Source of the DNA: Takakia lepidozioides
Lineage: Eukaryota; Plantae; Bryophyta
Direction: 5' to 3'
Length of the DNA: 64,000 nucleotides
NCBI GenBank assembly: GCA_030704615.1
Contig: CM060734.1
Location: forward strand, 49,662,001-49,726,000
The translations under genes and the position numbers were made by a program. Within the stretch, counting starts at the first letter, position 1; each line of letters begins with the position of its first letter. Positions 49,879 through 63,240 of the stretch are shown here, piece after piece. Under the pieces are notes generated by a model. It was not told where the DNA came from. It saw only the letters and a program-made list of their open reading frames with translations, and did no database searches.

Positions 49879-50608
49879 CAGTGTTGGGCGGTTCTTGCCT
49901 TTGTGAAGGAACCTTCGGTTCCGGTTCCACAAATTTTTGAAGAGACGGTTCCGGATCCGGATCCGGTTATTTTTTATTAAGGCGGTTCCGGTTACCGGTT
50001 AGTTGCTGGAAAAAAAACACCGGTTCCCGGTTAGGTTCCGGTTCTTTTTTTTTTAATATATTAAATTCTTTTAATTTTTTATTCTTCTGGAAAATTAGAT
50101 GAACTGATCTGATTGGTCATACTGAGAATTTTCAACTAAAACCAGGGAATTTATTAGTAAAACAGAAGTAAATAAACTTATATATTTTTTGTGATTGTCT
50201 TTTATGGTATATATAACTAGTTATATACGCATGGTCTCCATTAAAAACGGAAAACCAGAGATTTTATAAGTTGTCGTACGGTGTAGCAAAGAACAACTAA
50301 AACAAACTAACTACATAAGGATCTTAATTCAAAATACAAAACAAATTAAACATGTGTAATTCTATGGTTACCTTTTATGGTGCAGCAAAAGCACAACTAA
50401 AAAAAACTACATAAATTTGGACCGGAACCGGAACCGGAACCGATTTGGAGCTAGAACCGCCGGTTCCGGTTCCCACACAATCCCCAATGAGCGGTTCCGG
50501 TTCCGGTTCCGGTTCTGCACAGGCGGGTCCGGTTCCGGTCCGGTTCCACATAACCGGAACCGGAACTGGCGGTTACCCGGGGCCCAGGCGGGTAACCGCC
50601 CAACACTG
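49879..50608. mobile_element. hAT-type MITE with CCGGTT subterminal repeats
   Basis: TIRs CAGTGTTGGGCGGTT / AACCGCCCAACACTG and a perfect 8-bp TSD CTGGATAC. Confidence 0.93.
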
Positions 50609-51462
50609 CTGGATACCTCAGCTGCTGAGAAGTCAGGTGATTTAATTCTATTTCATCCATACGTTTTATTGTTACCGTGTTTCTGTTCATCCTCTGATTT
50701 TCTCTCTTTACTCCAAGCCAGAAAAACTACAACGTATGACCTTCCTGTGAAGCGACAACTTCTGTGGGGTTGTATTCTAAGGTAATCTTTTTTTTTCTGT
50801 TTGAATTTGGTTCAGGATGTGCAGAAAGAAAGAAACCGAATTCCATTGCCAACCGTCAGCGATAAGGTTATTGAACTCACTCATTCGTCGATTGAGGTCA
50901 GCACAGCGACAAGACCAACATATATTTCTGCACATCCCCAACCCCCAGAATTCCGGATGGTCCTGTATCAAGGAAATGTCACAGATCACAGCAGTCAGCG
51001 GCGGTCGTGTCCGATGATGAAAAAACATCATCTGGCGTTCTGTTATCCCTTCAACATTCACCTGCCTCCAGTGGTAACCCGCCTCAGAATTGAAGGGTAA
51101 ATCTAGTAAAGGTAATAAGTATCTCTTTCACTTGGTCCTCTGTCTTATTGGTTCTGGCTTCCTAGTAATCATTACATATATCATTTACATTGTCGACACA
51201 ACTTTACATAAAGTAACCTCGCGCGATCGCGCGTGGTTGCAGGAAACTCAGAGACTCCCGATTGTGATTTTTTGTCTCAAGTCTCAATTGGGTGTCATAA
51301 TGCTGAAAATATTACCTTCGCAAAATATTCCATTTGAAAATCAGGATATAAAAACTAAGTAAACCACAAAACGCAAGTATGTTGTGGCATTTTTTGAGTT
51401 GCAAAATATATTGGAAATACCTAATTTTTGGTCAGATAACATAAACTAATGGGCTCTTTTGG

Positions 51463-52216
51463 ATGGTTCAGAACGTTGTTACTCAAGAAATGTGTGGTGT
51501 CCGGAAACACAAACGCATGTTGCTGGTACTGACTGTCAATGGACTTCTTTGCTATAGGCCACCTCTTATCAGAGGTAAGTTGTTTAAACAGAGGTTCCAC
51601 TTGAGGAAAGTAACAATTCGGGTGCCTGCAAGACCATTTGTGGTTCCAAAACCTTGAGTGCTGGAGTTTCTTCGACTTGCATTGAATCATTTTCATGTAG
51701 CAATTTGGTCTTGCTCTGAGATGGATACTGTATTCAAGATGTTGGAGTGTTTCGTTCCTCCGGAAATTATGAAACAATTTCGTTTCATATGGTTTGCCGA
51801 GCATTGCACAGATACAGCTAGACATATTAAGCCTGGATGAAATATCTTATTAAAGATATTAAGAGTATTCTAGTAAAATTTAGTGGGAAAGAATTTGCTA
51901 GGCAGGGGCAAATTCTACTGGTCGACGATGACCCATCCAAGGCACTCCAAAATCCAGTGAATACTGGAGTCTTCCCCTTCACATTCAAGGAATCAGCAAT
52001 TTGGACGATTTGGTTGACCTCACCAAAGCTTTGTGGCATTTTCTCTCTGGCTTGATTGGAGCCCAGTCCGTTGTTGATTACGTCGGCAAGAACTCCTGCA
52101 AATCTTCCGGCCCTCCGATAGATCGAAATCACGTCTACTGGTCCTGGTTTGGAAGATTTATTGATGCTTCTGTTTGGCACCCCCCTCAAAAATATCCCGA
52201 TTATTTGGGTACGTAG
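51463..52216 (+). pseudogene. FCP1/NIF HAD-like domain 3
   Basis: LLVLTVNGLL...EFLRLALNHFHVAIWSC...FIWFAEHC...KDI...ILLVDDDPSKALQNP; one stop and two frameshifts. Confidence 0.75.
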
Positions 52217-55200
52217 TTTAACATTGCCCTATTTTGTGTGTAGTCCATTAACTTTACTTCAACTTCCATTTGTACTTATACGTATGTTGACTTCACATGA
52301 TTTTTGTGAGAAAAATGATATTTCAATGATCTTTGTATTTTCTTTAACAATTCCCTTCTGTGCTGCCTCCACACAGTTATATTCCAGTGTCAAGTTTAGA
52401 ATCAAATTCGATAGGAGAGGAAAGAGGAACTGTAGCGTAAGGCTGAGCGGATGGACCGCGAGACTTTACCTTTGTCAAGGTCATCAACTACAGCTACCAG
52501 TGAGGTGTCTGGTCATATCTTACATCAATCTCCCACTGTATCTATCTCCTCGGGTGCACAGAATTCCGCCATCAGTGGTAACCGACGGCGATTTCGAACA
52601 TATGCATTGAGTGTGAGCCGTTTGGGAAGCAACTATGTGATGAATTAAACTATGACCGGCCTGTTCATTACACACATACGTATTTAACTCTGTCAATGTT
52701 ATGCCAGATCTTTTCGACTGTAATGATAGTCATCGAAGTTTGAGAGAAATCACGCGCGATCGCACGTGGTTCCTTCATATATCCTCTTGTGGAGCTAGCA
52801 TGGATCAGCAGTGCCATCAGATGTTATCAAAACAAGTTGACTTCATTGTCAGTTTAAGCAATAAACAGATCAGGCTGGAGGCTGGAGGAGGTTGGAGGAG
52901 AAGAAATTTTCCGATGTTTTCATATTACGATGGGGAACAAGTGACACGATCATCGTCTATGACTGAATTCGGGTTCCTAACTCGTAATTCAAGCTCCCAT
53001 GATGGTCGTCTCATTTGTTCCTGAGCGGATTGTGAAGCTCTGTTAAAATCTCTCTTCAAATGGATTGAAGTAATTTTGGCGGCTTCGAAATTCCTTCCCT
53101 AACGAACTGATGGCACCACTGTGGTTGATTGAAATCTGGATGCACTCGGCTCGTTGGGGTTCTCAATGGTGGTAGAGGCAGAGATCTATTGGGCGATCAC
53201 TCGTGGTTCGAAAAGCGGAATTCAACATCGTCCTGCTTCTCCAGGCGACTGCCAAATGGTTATATTACCTCAACAATGCCACATGTGATTGGTCGGAATG
53301 ATGTTTTTTCTATGCTCATGCAATCAACAACAAAATGTTGTCATTTGAAGATGTGATGATTATGCAGGCTTAGTGAATTACTTCAGGTCAGTTACAGCGA
53401 GGGAACTCAAGGTATTCGGATAATTCGTCCCGGAATATTTCACACCATCATCCTGGATGATTCATTGATGTGTTTCAGAACACGCACTCAAATCATCCGG
53501 GCTAATGGTGTCACTTGTTCCTTGACGAATAATTCAAGTATCTTATAATCCTAGTCTTTAAGTTGTTTGAAGTCATTATCCCTGCTTGCATAATCCGATC
53601 TCCAACAATTGACAACATCCTCGTGGTATTTTTTTTTGTTCCTATATCCTTCGTTTGGAGACCATTATTCTTTTGAAGAACACCAATGATTAACATCGCG
53701 CGATCACGCTTGCTTTTCTAAGAGCTGACTTGTTCTGATGTCCATCATTGCACACCAAAATGATGTTACGATGAGGCAAAATGTCAGCAACGTTGAACAT
53801 TGAACGTCAATCTCCAGCGACATTCTCATCGTTTTCATGTGGACTGGACGCCAAAGGAGGAACACCGTCGCTAACAATCTGTGCAAACAATCTCAACAAT
53901 CATATATACTTCAAGGTGCTTAATACTGCATATGTTCATGTAGCTGATTTCTATAGGAGCTTTTTGCTATTCCCATTTCAACAACATCGGTCCACTGAGA
54001 CTGTCATATTCCGAAATCGGAATTAGGCACCACCGACATAAAACCATCAGCTAAGAATGAAATCTCCAGTTCATTCAATCACAGCCGGAGAAATATCTCA
54101 AGCTGCTGGCCAACTACTTGTGGGCTAGGGTGTTTATCTGGAGTCGCATATAATGAATCAAAGATCTAGTTCTCAGCTGACATGCAGCTGATGGTTTTAT
54201 ATTGGTCAATGATGGTGGGCCGTGGCTGATACGGGAGTCTGAATATGACAGTCTCTGGGGACCTGATACTGTTCGCATGGGAATAGCAAAATGACTACTA
54301 TACAATTCAGCTACAGGAACAACAATAGCATCAAACACCTAGCAGTAAATATGATTTTTGATATTGCTTGTGACAGCTCCAATCAGTTAGTTGGTGGTTA
54401 GTCAGTTGGAGATTATTTAGTTAGTGATCAATTTACGAGTGTTTTTCAGTAAATCGTCAGAAGTACCATAGCCCGTCACAGATGAACCTCGACTGGTCAC
54501 CCGACACTATTTCCTTGAAGATTTCACAGAAAATGTCACTCTCTCCATCAACGTACTCGCCACCGAACCACTCTCCAGAAGCATACGAGCAGTATACTTA
54601 CTCCCCAATCGGATACTTTCAACATCTTACTCCAAGGTCAGTTACTTGGACATTATGTTTTGAAGAGCATACGAGTAATTCATCATCTTCGCGATTCACT
54701 GAAAGTCTGCAAGACCACTAATTCTTCGAGAAGTACAGCTGAACTTCGGTCGCACAAGACATTGTTGGTTGGTGTAATATTGGAGGATATTTTTTGTGAG
54801 GTCATCACCATATCAACGATTCTCGAGACAACATTTCAGGGACGTCTTCCATCTTCTGCTGACAAAAACCTTCGGAACAACGGAAGAATACAGATTTGAA
54901 AATGGTCCTCCAACCTTGTCAAAATATCGTGATTTTGGGAAATGACTTTCCTCAAAATATTTTCATCATAAGTACGTCGGCCGACATCGTCTTGTGTTAA
55001 CGGAGTTCAGCCCTCCTTCTAGAATTTGATACTCTCATTGACATGGTTTACGATAGTTGTATTGGTCCATGCCGCATAGGGCGAGACTTACTCAAATAGA
55101 CATGGTTCTGAAATAAAACCTGGTTGTTTAACATCAAATGTCTCCCCATTGTTTTTCATTTCATTTCATGGTATTGTGTCATTGTGTCTTGTTTTGCTCA

Positions 55201-55339
55201 CATATTTAATTGATTTATCTTGTACGTTACATAGTAACGGCCTTCACAAGCTCAGTCGCGGTTACGAATATGACTGGTGCTCCAATCATCCATCAGGCCG
55301 CGGATCATGAAGCGAGTTATCACCCGACACTCGTTTTTT

Positions 55340-55556
55340 TTAATTTATTTTTTAATGTAATGGAAACACCTGGGAGCGACAGCTCACAAATCAGGCCCCC
55401 TTAATAGTATAACCTCTTTCACAGTAACCCCGCCATGTGGCATTGGAATGGGACACCACCCAAGAACATACCACACTCGTCAGTAGTAAGATTTGACCCC
55501 ATAATCATCTGGGTGGCACTAAGTGCACTTCACCAACTGAACTACTGACTGTTGGT
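55340..55556 (-). mobile_element. tRNA-derived SINE, divergent subfamily
   Basis: Head GTAGTTCAGTTGG...GTGCCACCCAG and tail GGCCTGATTTGTGAGCTGTCGCTCCCAGG on the reverse strand. Confidence 0.65.
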
Positions 55557-55814
55557 ATCTCATTCAACTCTTACTAAACGTCGAGTGAACAATGGAACTT
55601 GCTTTATGAGCCAAATAAATACTGCTTTTTCTCCTGAAATTTATACATAATGTTTCTTTATTTCTAATATCATATATTAATAGACAAACAATTATTTATA
55701 TCTTTATATTTATATTTAAAATGATCCATTTAAATTCATTTTAAATGATTTAAAAAATACATATTCAGATATTTCTCCTTATTTCTGGACCAAACTTTAG
55801 TCCAAATTTACTTA

Positions 55815-58083
55815 AAATTGTGTTCTCTTCAATGCGACGCTTTTCATTTAACCAAACCCTGTAGGCCTTGCTTGTATAGCTATATCCCATGAAAACACCC
55901 TTCCGACTCTTTGCCTCCAACTTCGTTCTCAGTTCTTTTGGCACATGCACATATGCATCGCAGCTGAACACTCTCATATGAGCAACAGACATCTTATCTC
56001 ATGTCCACATTTCAAAGGGCATCTTGTGAGGTACCATACGAGTATGCGTACGACGCAGCTTCCCCCAAAAAACGTGGATGAATGTTGCTTGGATGGATCA
56101 TGCTTCGTACCATTTCCACGATCGTCCTATTTTCCCGCTCGCATGCACCATTTTCTTCAGGTGTGTAAGTTGCTGTCATCTCGTGCTTACAATCAATGTC
56201 TTTCAAGAACTGTTGGATAGCATCTTCAGTGTACTCACCACCCTATTGGATCTCAACACCACAACTGACTGGTCTGTCTCTCGCAACATCTGCAGAAAAT
56301 ATTTGTTGAAGCTTGCTAATGCCTGCGATTTCTTGGCTATACAAAACAACACTCTGAATGCAGAATAATCATCTTTAAAGATAATAAAGTACCTCGCACC
56401 ACCAACTGACTTGGTAGTGAACGGCCCAACGATGTCAGTATGAACCAGTAGCCCAACTCTTGTTGCTCTGGTTCTGATCTCATTTTTTGGAAAAGAGCTG
56501 TTGCCAAAAGCACACCCTTCATAGAAGTATGGTTCCTTTTTGTTGGTCAACATCAAGCCATCTACCATGTCTTCCGCTGCCATTTTCTGGATGGATTGAT
56601 AGTTTACATGTCCCAATCGCCTATGCCATAACTGCAGCTCTTCTTGGCATCACTTTGGCTCTCTCCAGCAAATGATCTTGCCAAACAAGCAATGTCATTG
56701 CTTATTTTGACCTTAATGCAAAGTTGCCAGAGTTCTTTATTGATGCTTCCTTCCATGACGACAGTGCCACGATGGACCAACTTCAAACAAGAGTGGTTCC
56801 AAACAACTTGGGTGCCCATCTTCACAGCTCTGAGTTCTGAAAATAGGTTCCGACCCAACCCTGGAACATACACCACATTCATCATTTGGCTTTCATACCA
56901 AATGCCATTGGCAAAAACCTCAATGTCAATCGTCCCTACACCATGTACCTCGAGCTTGATACCTCCCACTCTTTCAACGAACTCTCGACGACCAGAAATG
57001 CTCTCAAAATGTGTGAACCAATCTCGTCTCCCGGTCATGTGTTGCGTGCATCCAGAGTCTGCTATCTAGATGTTCATGTCGCTTTCATTTGCATGATTCA
57101 CTGAGCCATCCATGCCTTGTAGGTCGATGCAACTGTCTTGGTTTCAGATTTCTCATCCCTTTTGCCTTTGGCATTCTTTTTCTTGGCTTTGGGATCATTT
57201 TGACACTCTTTTGCCCAATGACCAGGTTTCTCACAATTAAAGCATGTGGTGCTTTCCTTCTCCTTTTGAATGGCATCTCGACGAGCATTTCTTTGCTCTG
57301 GAGTCAATGAGGGTCGACTCGATGTCACACAGATTGTTGCCCTTCCTTCTTTGCAACAAATGCTTTGTTGCTCTTTGACTCTTCTCCTTCTGCGTTCTCT
57401 CGACCTTCCTCAGTCAGCAAGTGAGAGGTTAACAACTCCAAATTCTTGTCGGGACCAGTTGGCACACTGTCCCAAACTGACCGAAAATGCTTGAGGCTTG
57501 GAGGCAAGTTACACAAAACCTTGGCAATCACCGAGGAGTCAGTGAAACTGACATCTCCCAATCCTCGCAGCTGGGTCAAGATCATCTCTATCCTTCCAAG
57601 AAAATCAGCATTGGTTTCTCCATCCTCCATGCTGCACTTGTAGAACTGCTCCTGTAGACGATGCACGTTGTCAAGGGATCGCTGCTCATTCACGGCATAG
57701 AGTCTGCTCCAAAAAGAAGCAGAGGTCTCGCATCCCATCAAATTCTTTAGCTGCTTGCGATCAACAGCCTAACATAGAATACTAAGGGCCTGATTGTCTT
57801 TCTTCTTCCATGCAGCGATGGATGCATCTTCTTGAGCCTTGAGCGTAGCATCGGCATCAGCTGTTCGAGTAGGCATCACCTTGGCTCATGATACGATGTC
57901 CATGAGCTCTTTTCCCCGAAAAATGGCTCTCATCTGGTACTTCCACATGGCGAATCCTTCGCCATCGAATCTTTCAACGTTACTCAGATCTACCTTGGAC
58001 AGATCACCCGCCATGGCTCAACTTGCTCTCTCAGACTCAACAGATAGAAAATAGAATGTGCCATGAAAACCAAAGGTTCAAAA

Positions 58084-58166
<83 letters not shown>

Positions 58167-58392
58167 TTCTTGTGCACAGTGCAAGAAAGAACTGGCAGCC
58201 AAAAGAAAAACAAGGACTTCCCCAAGAATACGACCAGAAGGAGAAAAAATCAAACTAGCAGAACAAATACTATAATTTGGATTTGGAAGTGGGCTTGAAC
58301 TTGGAGTTCCATTTTCTTGTGATGAACGAACGGACATTACCTAGAAAATAGAGACCGACAAAATGAAGCATTGGAAGCGTGGGCCCATAACC
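55815..58392 (-). mobile_element. Ty1/copia gag-protease-integrase, frameshifted, RT missing
   Basis: Gag knuckle CFNCEKPGHWAKEC, DSGCTQHMT, GHVN, LVHTDIVGP, TYTPEENGACERENRT, KLEAKS..GVFMGYS; PBS GGTTATGGGCCCA. Confidence 0.92.
58084..58163. repeat. (TA)n microsatellite in copia leader
   Basis: About 80 bp of TA with one phase break. Confidence 0.95.
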
Positions 58393-58715
58393 TTTTATTT
58401 GTGCTAAATCAGGTCAAGCCCAGATCAATAATAAAGTGACCAGATTTAGTATTACTCCTGAAGGTTCAAGGAATACAATGCTGATCTAACTAACCAGTAT
58501 ACCAGCTGATTGCTGCTACTTAACAAGATCCAACCCAAAAGCTACAACAAGCAATCTACTGCTCACGCAAGCACAGGCTGAGCAACTTCTAAGCTATCTG
58601 CAAATTATGCTAATCGCAGGACAACGTCAAAAAGAGAGAGAATGAGAACATGACTACAAGACTATGTACTAGCCTAACTACCTTGTGGTTGGTTACAAGC
58701 GGCTAGTGAGTAACA
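58393..58715 (-). repeat. Copia 5' LTR
   Basis: Abuts the PBS; reverse strand begins TGTTAC; the inner CA end is mutated. Confidence 0.6.
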
Positions 58716-58739
58716 AGTTGTTTATATGCCAAGAAACTG

Positions 58740-59421
58740 TCCAGATGTCATGAGAAAATCCAAAAACGCTGCTCCAAATCGGCATTAATGCCTCCTTTAA
58801 AAAACAGGTGGCTCAGCTTATCAAAATAAGCCTGCACCCTCTGCTTGTGTTCTTGCTTGATTGAGTCAAGCCTCATTTTTATCTCCGCCATGTCCACTAC
58901 ACCAAACTTGGCAGAATCGTAGCCTAAAAATCCGGCCATTGTTAAGTAGCAGCAATCAGCTGGTATACTGGTCAGTTAGATCAGCATTGTATTCCTTGAA
59001 CCTTCAGGAGTAATACTAAATCTGGTCACTTTATTATTGATCTGGATCTTGAGGTCTTGAACATCACCCGACATTTGGATTCTATCAATCCAATCATAGA
59101 CATCATCATTCTCTCTTCCAAAGAACGGAGCCTCAATGCCCGCTGGGCTTGTCATCCTAAGTAAAATCAAGGCAAACGATGCGCAAACATAGGTCACCAT
59201 CCCTCAATCTCCAAGCAGGGTTAAAGAAATAGAGCCTAGGCTCAACATTCACATTACCAGCACGTTCACTGAAGCATATCAATATGTCTCCAATGCTCGG
59301 ATCATTGGGTATCAAGGTATGATCCCTACCGGCCATATATGGAAGAATCATGAACGCAAACAACAGATCATAGCAACAATCTCAAACCACAACCAAGAGA
59401 ACGACATCAGCTCTGATACCA
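58740..59421 (-). mobile_element. Gypsy-like gag fragment with tRNA-Met PBS
   Basis: PFFGRENDDVYDWI and IKQ...QRVQAYFDK gag motifs; TGGTATCAGAGC (reverse of 59410-59421); LTR-like TGTAAC at 59432. Confidence 0.7.
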
Positions 59422-61142
59422 AAGAAAGGGGCTGTAACGCGAGCCCTCAACATTGACACTAGTTCGTCAGAGTAGTTATGCACCCCCACCCATGCCGCAG
59501 CGGAAGGGAAGACATAGGCAGACATTCAACAGGTTTCATAAATCGTTGACATGAACATGTGATCACGCGCAAGCTTGTGTACCATCTGTAGCTTCACAAT
59601 CGTAACCCCAGGGTAGGCATCGCCCATGAGAAGAAGTCACTTTCTAGTTTTTTATAGTCTCCCTTCATAAACAATAGATCCAAACTACACGAATGCCCAT
59701 CCGGCTCTTTCTCTCATTTTATCTCTACGATGCCAAGGGCTGAATCCATCGCACTCTAACTATCAAGCCAGAGCATATACTGGATGTTGCATCAGAGGAA
59801 CCAAAGAGACAACACTGGACTCATGCAAGCACCTAGCTTCTCATGCATGCAATGATAACCCTCAATGCAATCACTCCATGAAATCCCAGCCAGCTATTAA
59901 CCTCTATCTCAGCTAAAAGTCAGTTTTGCCCTAGGAGCCTAGCATGACAAAATGAACACCATGATACTGCCCTCCTTGAAAAGTCAGTACTGCCTAATGC
60001 ATAATGCGAGTTAGTTTCCCAAAGGGATAGACAGGGTAGCAACTAGTAAAGCATGGACTCTTAGTTATTCATCAGTTCCAAATCACCTCATCAACACTCC
60101 AAATCTGCAGCTCAAAGCTTTGCTGCCACAAATCCAATCTCTCCACCAAGAACTACTCTTCCTCCTTCATCTTCCCCACATCACGAGTTCACTGCCTCTA
60201 GTTCTACTCGCTATCTCCGCAAAACCAAGAAGAGAACTTTGCCTGTAGAATCCTGCCTTAAGTCCCTGCCCCACTTGCCTATGCAATTACTGCATCTGCC
60301 CCTCCTAAAGTTGATATCTACCCACAATTCCTAGCTGCAGAGCTGATACTGCCGCCATTGCAGAAAATTGAATGAGCTACAAGCTATGGATGAGTAATTA
60401 GCATCCAAATCTAAAGCATGCAGGCCTAGTGTCTACTCCAAAATAGAAGGTATTAGTAGCTCGAGATGCACACTCGTGGTGCTGCACTCAACCCGCCGCT
60501 CCACTCAACCCGCCGCTCCTCATCAAACCCACAGATTTAGGGCGAACAGATGATGATCGGATGAATGTTTTTCATCCACCGCATCAAAATCCATCCAATG
60601 CATTCATCCGTTGAACGCGAATTCATCCAAAAAGACAACCCCCAAAAATCACACACCCAAAATTTACCACATATTCACACTACAGTTAAAGCTATTCAAA
60701 CCCCCAACAACCCCCCCCCCTCATGATAAGCTTGCCCACTTTTTCTACCATTTTTTTCCACTTGTGTTTGAGAAGTGACTGGCCTTCTTCTTGTGTGTAT
60801 AGACGCAGTTCCTAATGTTCTTTCGAAAAACTTCTATTTATGTTAATTGAGGAGTTACAAGCGGACTAAAGATATACATCTTGGTACAATTTGGAGAAGG
60901 AGACATAGAGTTTAAACTCTTTAGGACATAGAGATGTGTGAGTAGTGAGAAGTGAAAGAGAGACAAATGTACAGGTGTCAGGAACTGAATCTAATTTAAA
61001 GCTCTTGGTCAGTCGACTTTATCCTTTGCGAGGATTGCAAACTCCCAAGTCATTTTTGAATTTAGAGTGCTTGATTTTTCCAAGAGGCAAGTTGGTCAGT
61101 ATATATCAACTAATTATTCTCATTGTTGGAACATATACGAGG

Positions 61143-62070
61143 TCAATCTATGTTTTCAATACATTTACGTATACAGTGATAATGTACTTTTATATGTTTA
61201 GTGTGTGCGTGAAAAATAGGTTTTAAGCTACTCTGGTTGTCACACAAAACAATGGTAGGTTCATGACTTACAATTTGAAGCTTTCCTACCAGATTTCTCA
61301 ACCATGTTATTTCTTTGGCAACATTTGTTAAAGCTCGATACTTAACCTTAGTGTTTAATAGGGCGACTGGTTGCTTCTTGGAGCACCAAGTCACTGTAGA
61401 ATCTCTGAGACGAAAAACATATGGGCAGTTGTCGAATGACTCTTATCATTATCCCCCGTCCAATCTACATCGGTGTAACTGCGAGAGGTACTGGTGCCTC
61501 GACAAAAGAACAGATCATAATCTACAGTACCATTAATATACCTAAAAATCTGTTTCATTGGATCAAGATGGGTTTGTTGTGGCTTGGACATAAACCGACT
61601 AATCACACCTAAACTCTTAAAGGTCATGTGTTTGTCAAGTAGATGAGGGTTCTGACCATTTGCTTGTTTAAAGTGAGGTCTACTTTAGTGAAATTTTCAT
61701 TTCGACAAGGAATCTGGTTTTTTATGCCATCAAAATAGCTTGAGACTTACAATCTACCATCGGTCCAACATCTTTTTGAAATATGTACCCTCATGGGGTC
61801 ACCATAACTCCATCAACCAAACAATGAACTCAAATGGAAGATATTGATCAATCAGACCAAATTGTCATCTCGTATGCTTGCTTGATTTGCTCTCTAAGCC
61901 ATACAATCTTTTCATTGTCATCATCGGTGAGGAGTCTATCGTCGACATACAAGATCAAGATGATTAACTTTCCATTTTCTCGAAGATCGTAAAGATTATA
62001 ATATGCATGACTAGTATGATGAAGTCTCTGGGATTTGAGATAAGCATCACTTTTTGCACCACTCTTGGAC
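61143..62070 (-). mobile_element. Ty1/copia RT-RNase H fragment
   Basis: LYVDD, ISRFMSKP, YTDVDWTG, WCSKKQPVAL, CDNQS and FHAHTKHIKVHYH motifs. Confidence 0.88.
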
Positions 62071-62452
62071 CTTGCTTTAGTCTTATATGGACGACCTATC
62101 ACCAATGCCATCGGAATCTCCTTTAGGCATTGACATTCATGTTGAGCGCAAATTAGTAACTACTCACCACTAGGGTACCGCTTGTGTTTTTTTGGTGTCC
62201 GTTGATAGGGCCCACCCTCGAAAGGGGGCACTAGCCTCAAGGCATATATTCCAAGCGGTTTGTGGGTATGGACATCCATACAATTTCAATTTGATACTAT
62301 GTGCGGAAACATCAACGCAACATTGGAAGGAAAGTTGTAGATTTAAACGTATACAAATCTAAAGATCCCAACAACTATATTATATGGGATGGAATACACT
62401 TTACATAGGCATTTTACAAGATTATAGCAAAGTCGTATTTTACATATTACTA

Positions 62453-63240
62453 GGGTAGCCTGTGCCGTTGGCCCAAGTGTCCAATGTCATCTAAGTCCAA
62501 GTGCATCAATATATCCACCGTCACTCGCTTACCAAATTGCTTGCCTCTTAGAGAACAAACAGATCACAATGCACTAGTGTATTTTATTGCACAATTTCAA
62601 ACACAATTGGGAATCTACAGCCTAGGACGAAAACTGATCCATCCTCAGTTCATGAGTGCTACATATGACATTCCTTTGGCAAGATATTCTCCGTTCAACT
62701 TGCATTCTGTCATGAAATTGGTGGGCGGCTCTAAATATTCTCATGTTAAAAACGACTTTGCTATCAATACATGAAGCGAGACGTTTGTTTTGTTTTGTTT
62801 TGTTTTGTAGCGTCGTTGAGATCTCCCAAACCGCGAGGCCCTAGCGCGGGTGCTTGGTGCCGTTGGAGAGCCCTCGACGAGGAGGGGTGCACCGGCTTGG
62901 TCTCATGATTTTTGGACAAGCGGTGAGGGAGATGTGGAATTCCAAGTACTTCGGGTCGCTGGAAATTCACAAAAAATAGAAAAAATGGCAAAGCGGGCAT
63001 TCCTTGGACAATGGTTGGAGCCTCGACCGGAGAGATATCAAGGGAAAGATCTCCGGTTCAAATCTGGTCGTAGGCTCTGTGGAAAAAAACTTACTTAGAT
63101 GGCATTGGACACTTGGGCCAATGGCAAAGGCTATCCTAGAGGTTGCATTTGGGCCTCGATATAGGAAATGCACTTTGATACATAGGGGATTGCACTTGGA
63201 CTTAGATGACAGACACTTGGGCCAACGGCACAAGCTACCC
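62453..63240. mobile_element. MITE with ~50-bp TIRs and TA TSD
   Basis: GGGTAGCCTGTGCCGTTGGCCCAAGTGTC / GACACTTGGGCCAACGGCACAAGCTACCC with TA on both sides; extra internal TIR copy at ~63094-63138. Confidence 0.8.

Noticed and set aside
50417-50785. RN/GS/PV-repeat ORFs
   Set aside because: Produced by the CCGGTT subterminal repeats of the hAT MITE.
53000-54200. Possible Ulp1-like protease relic (GDHYSF, TTCG)
   Set aside because: Only two short motifs in different frames; not supportable without a profile search.
57990-58337. ORFs with (YI)n tracts
   Set aside because: Translation artefacts of the (TA)n microsatellite.
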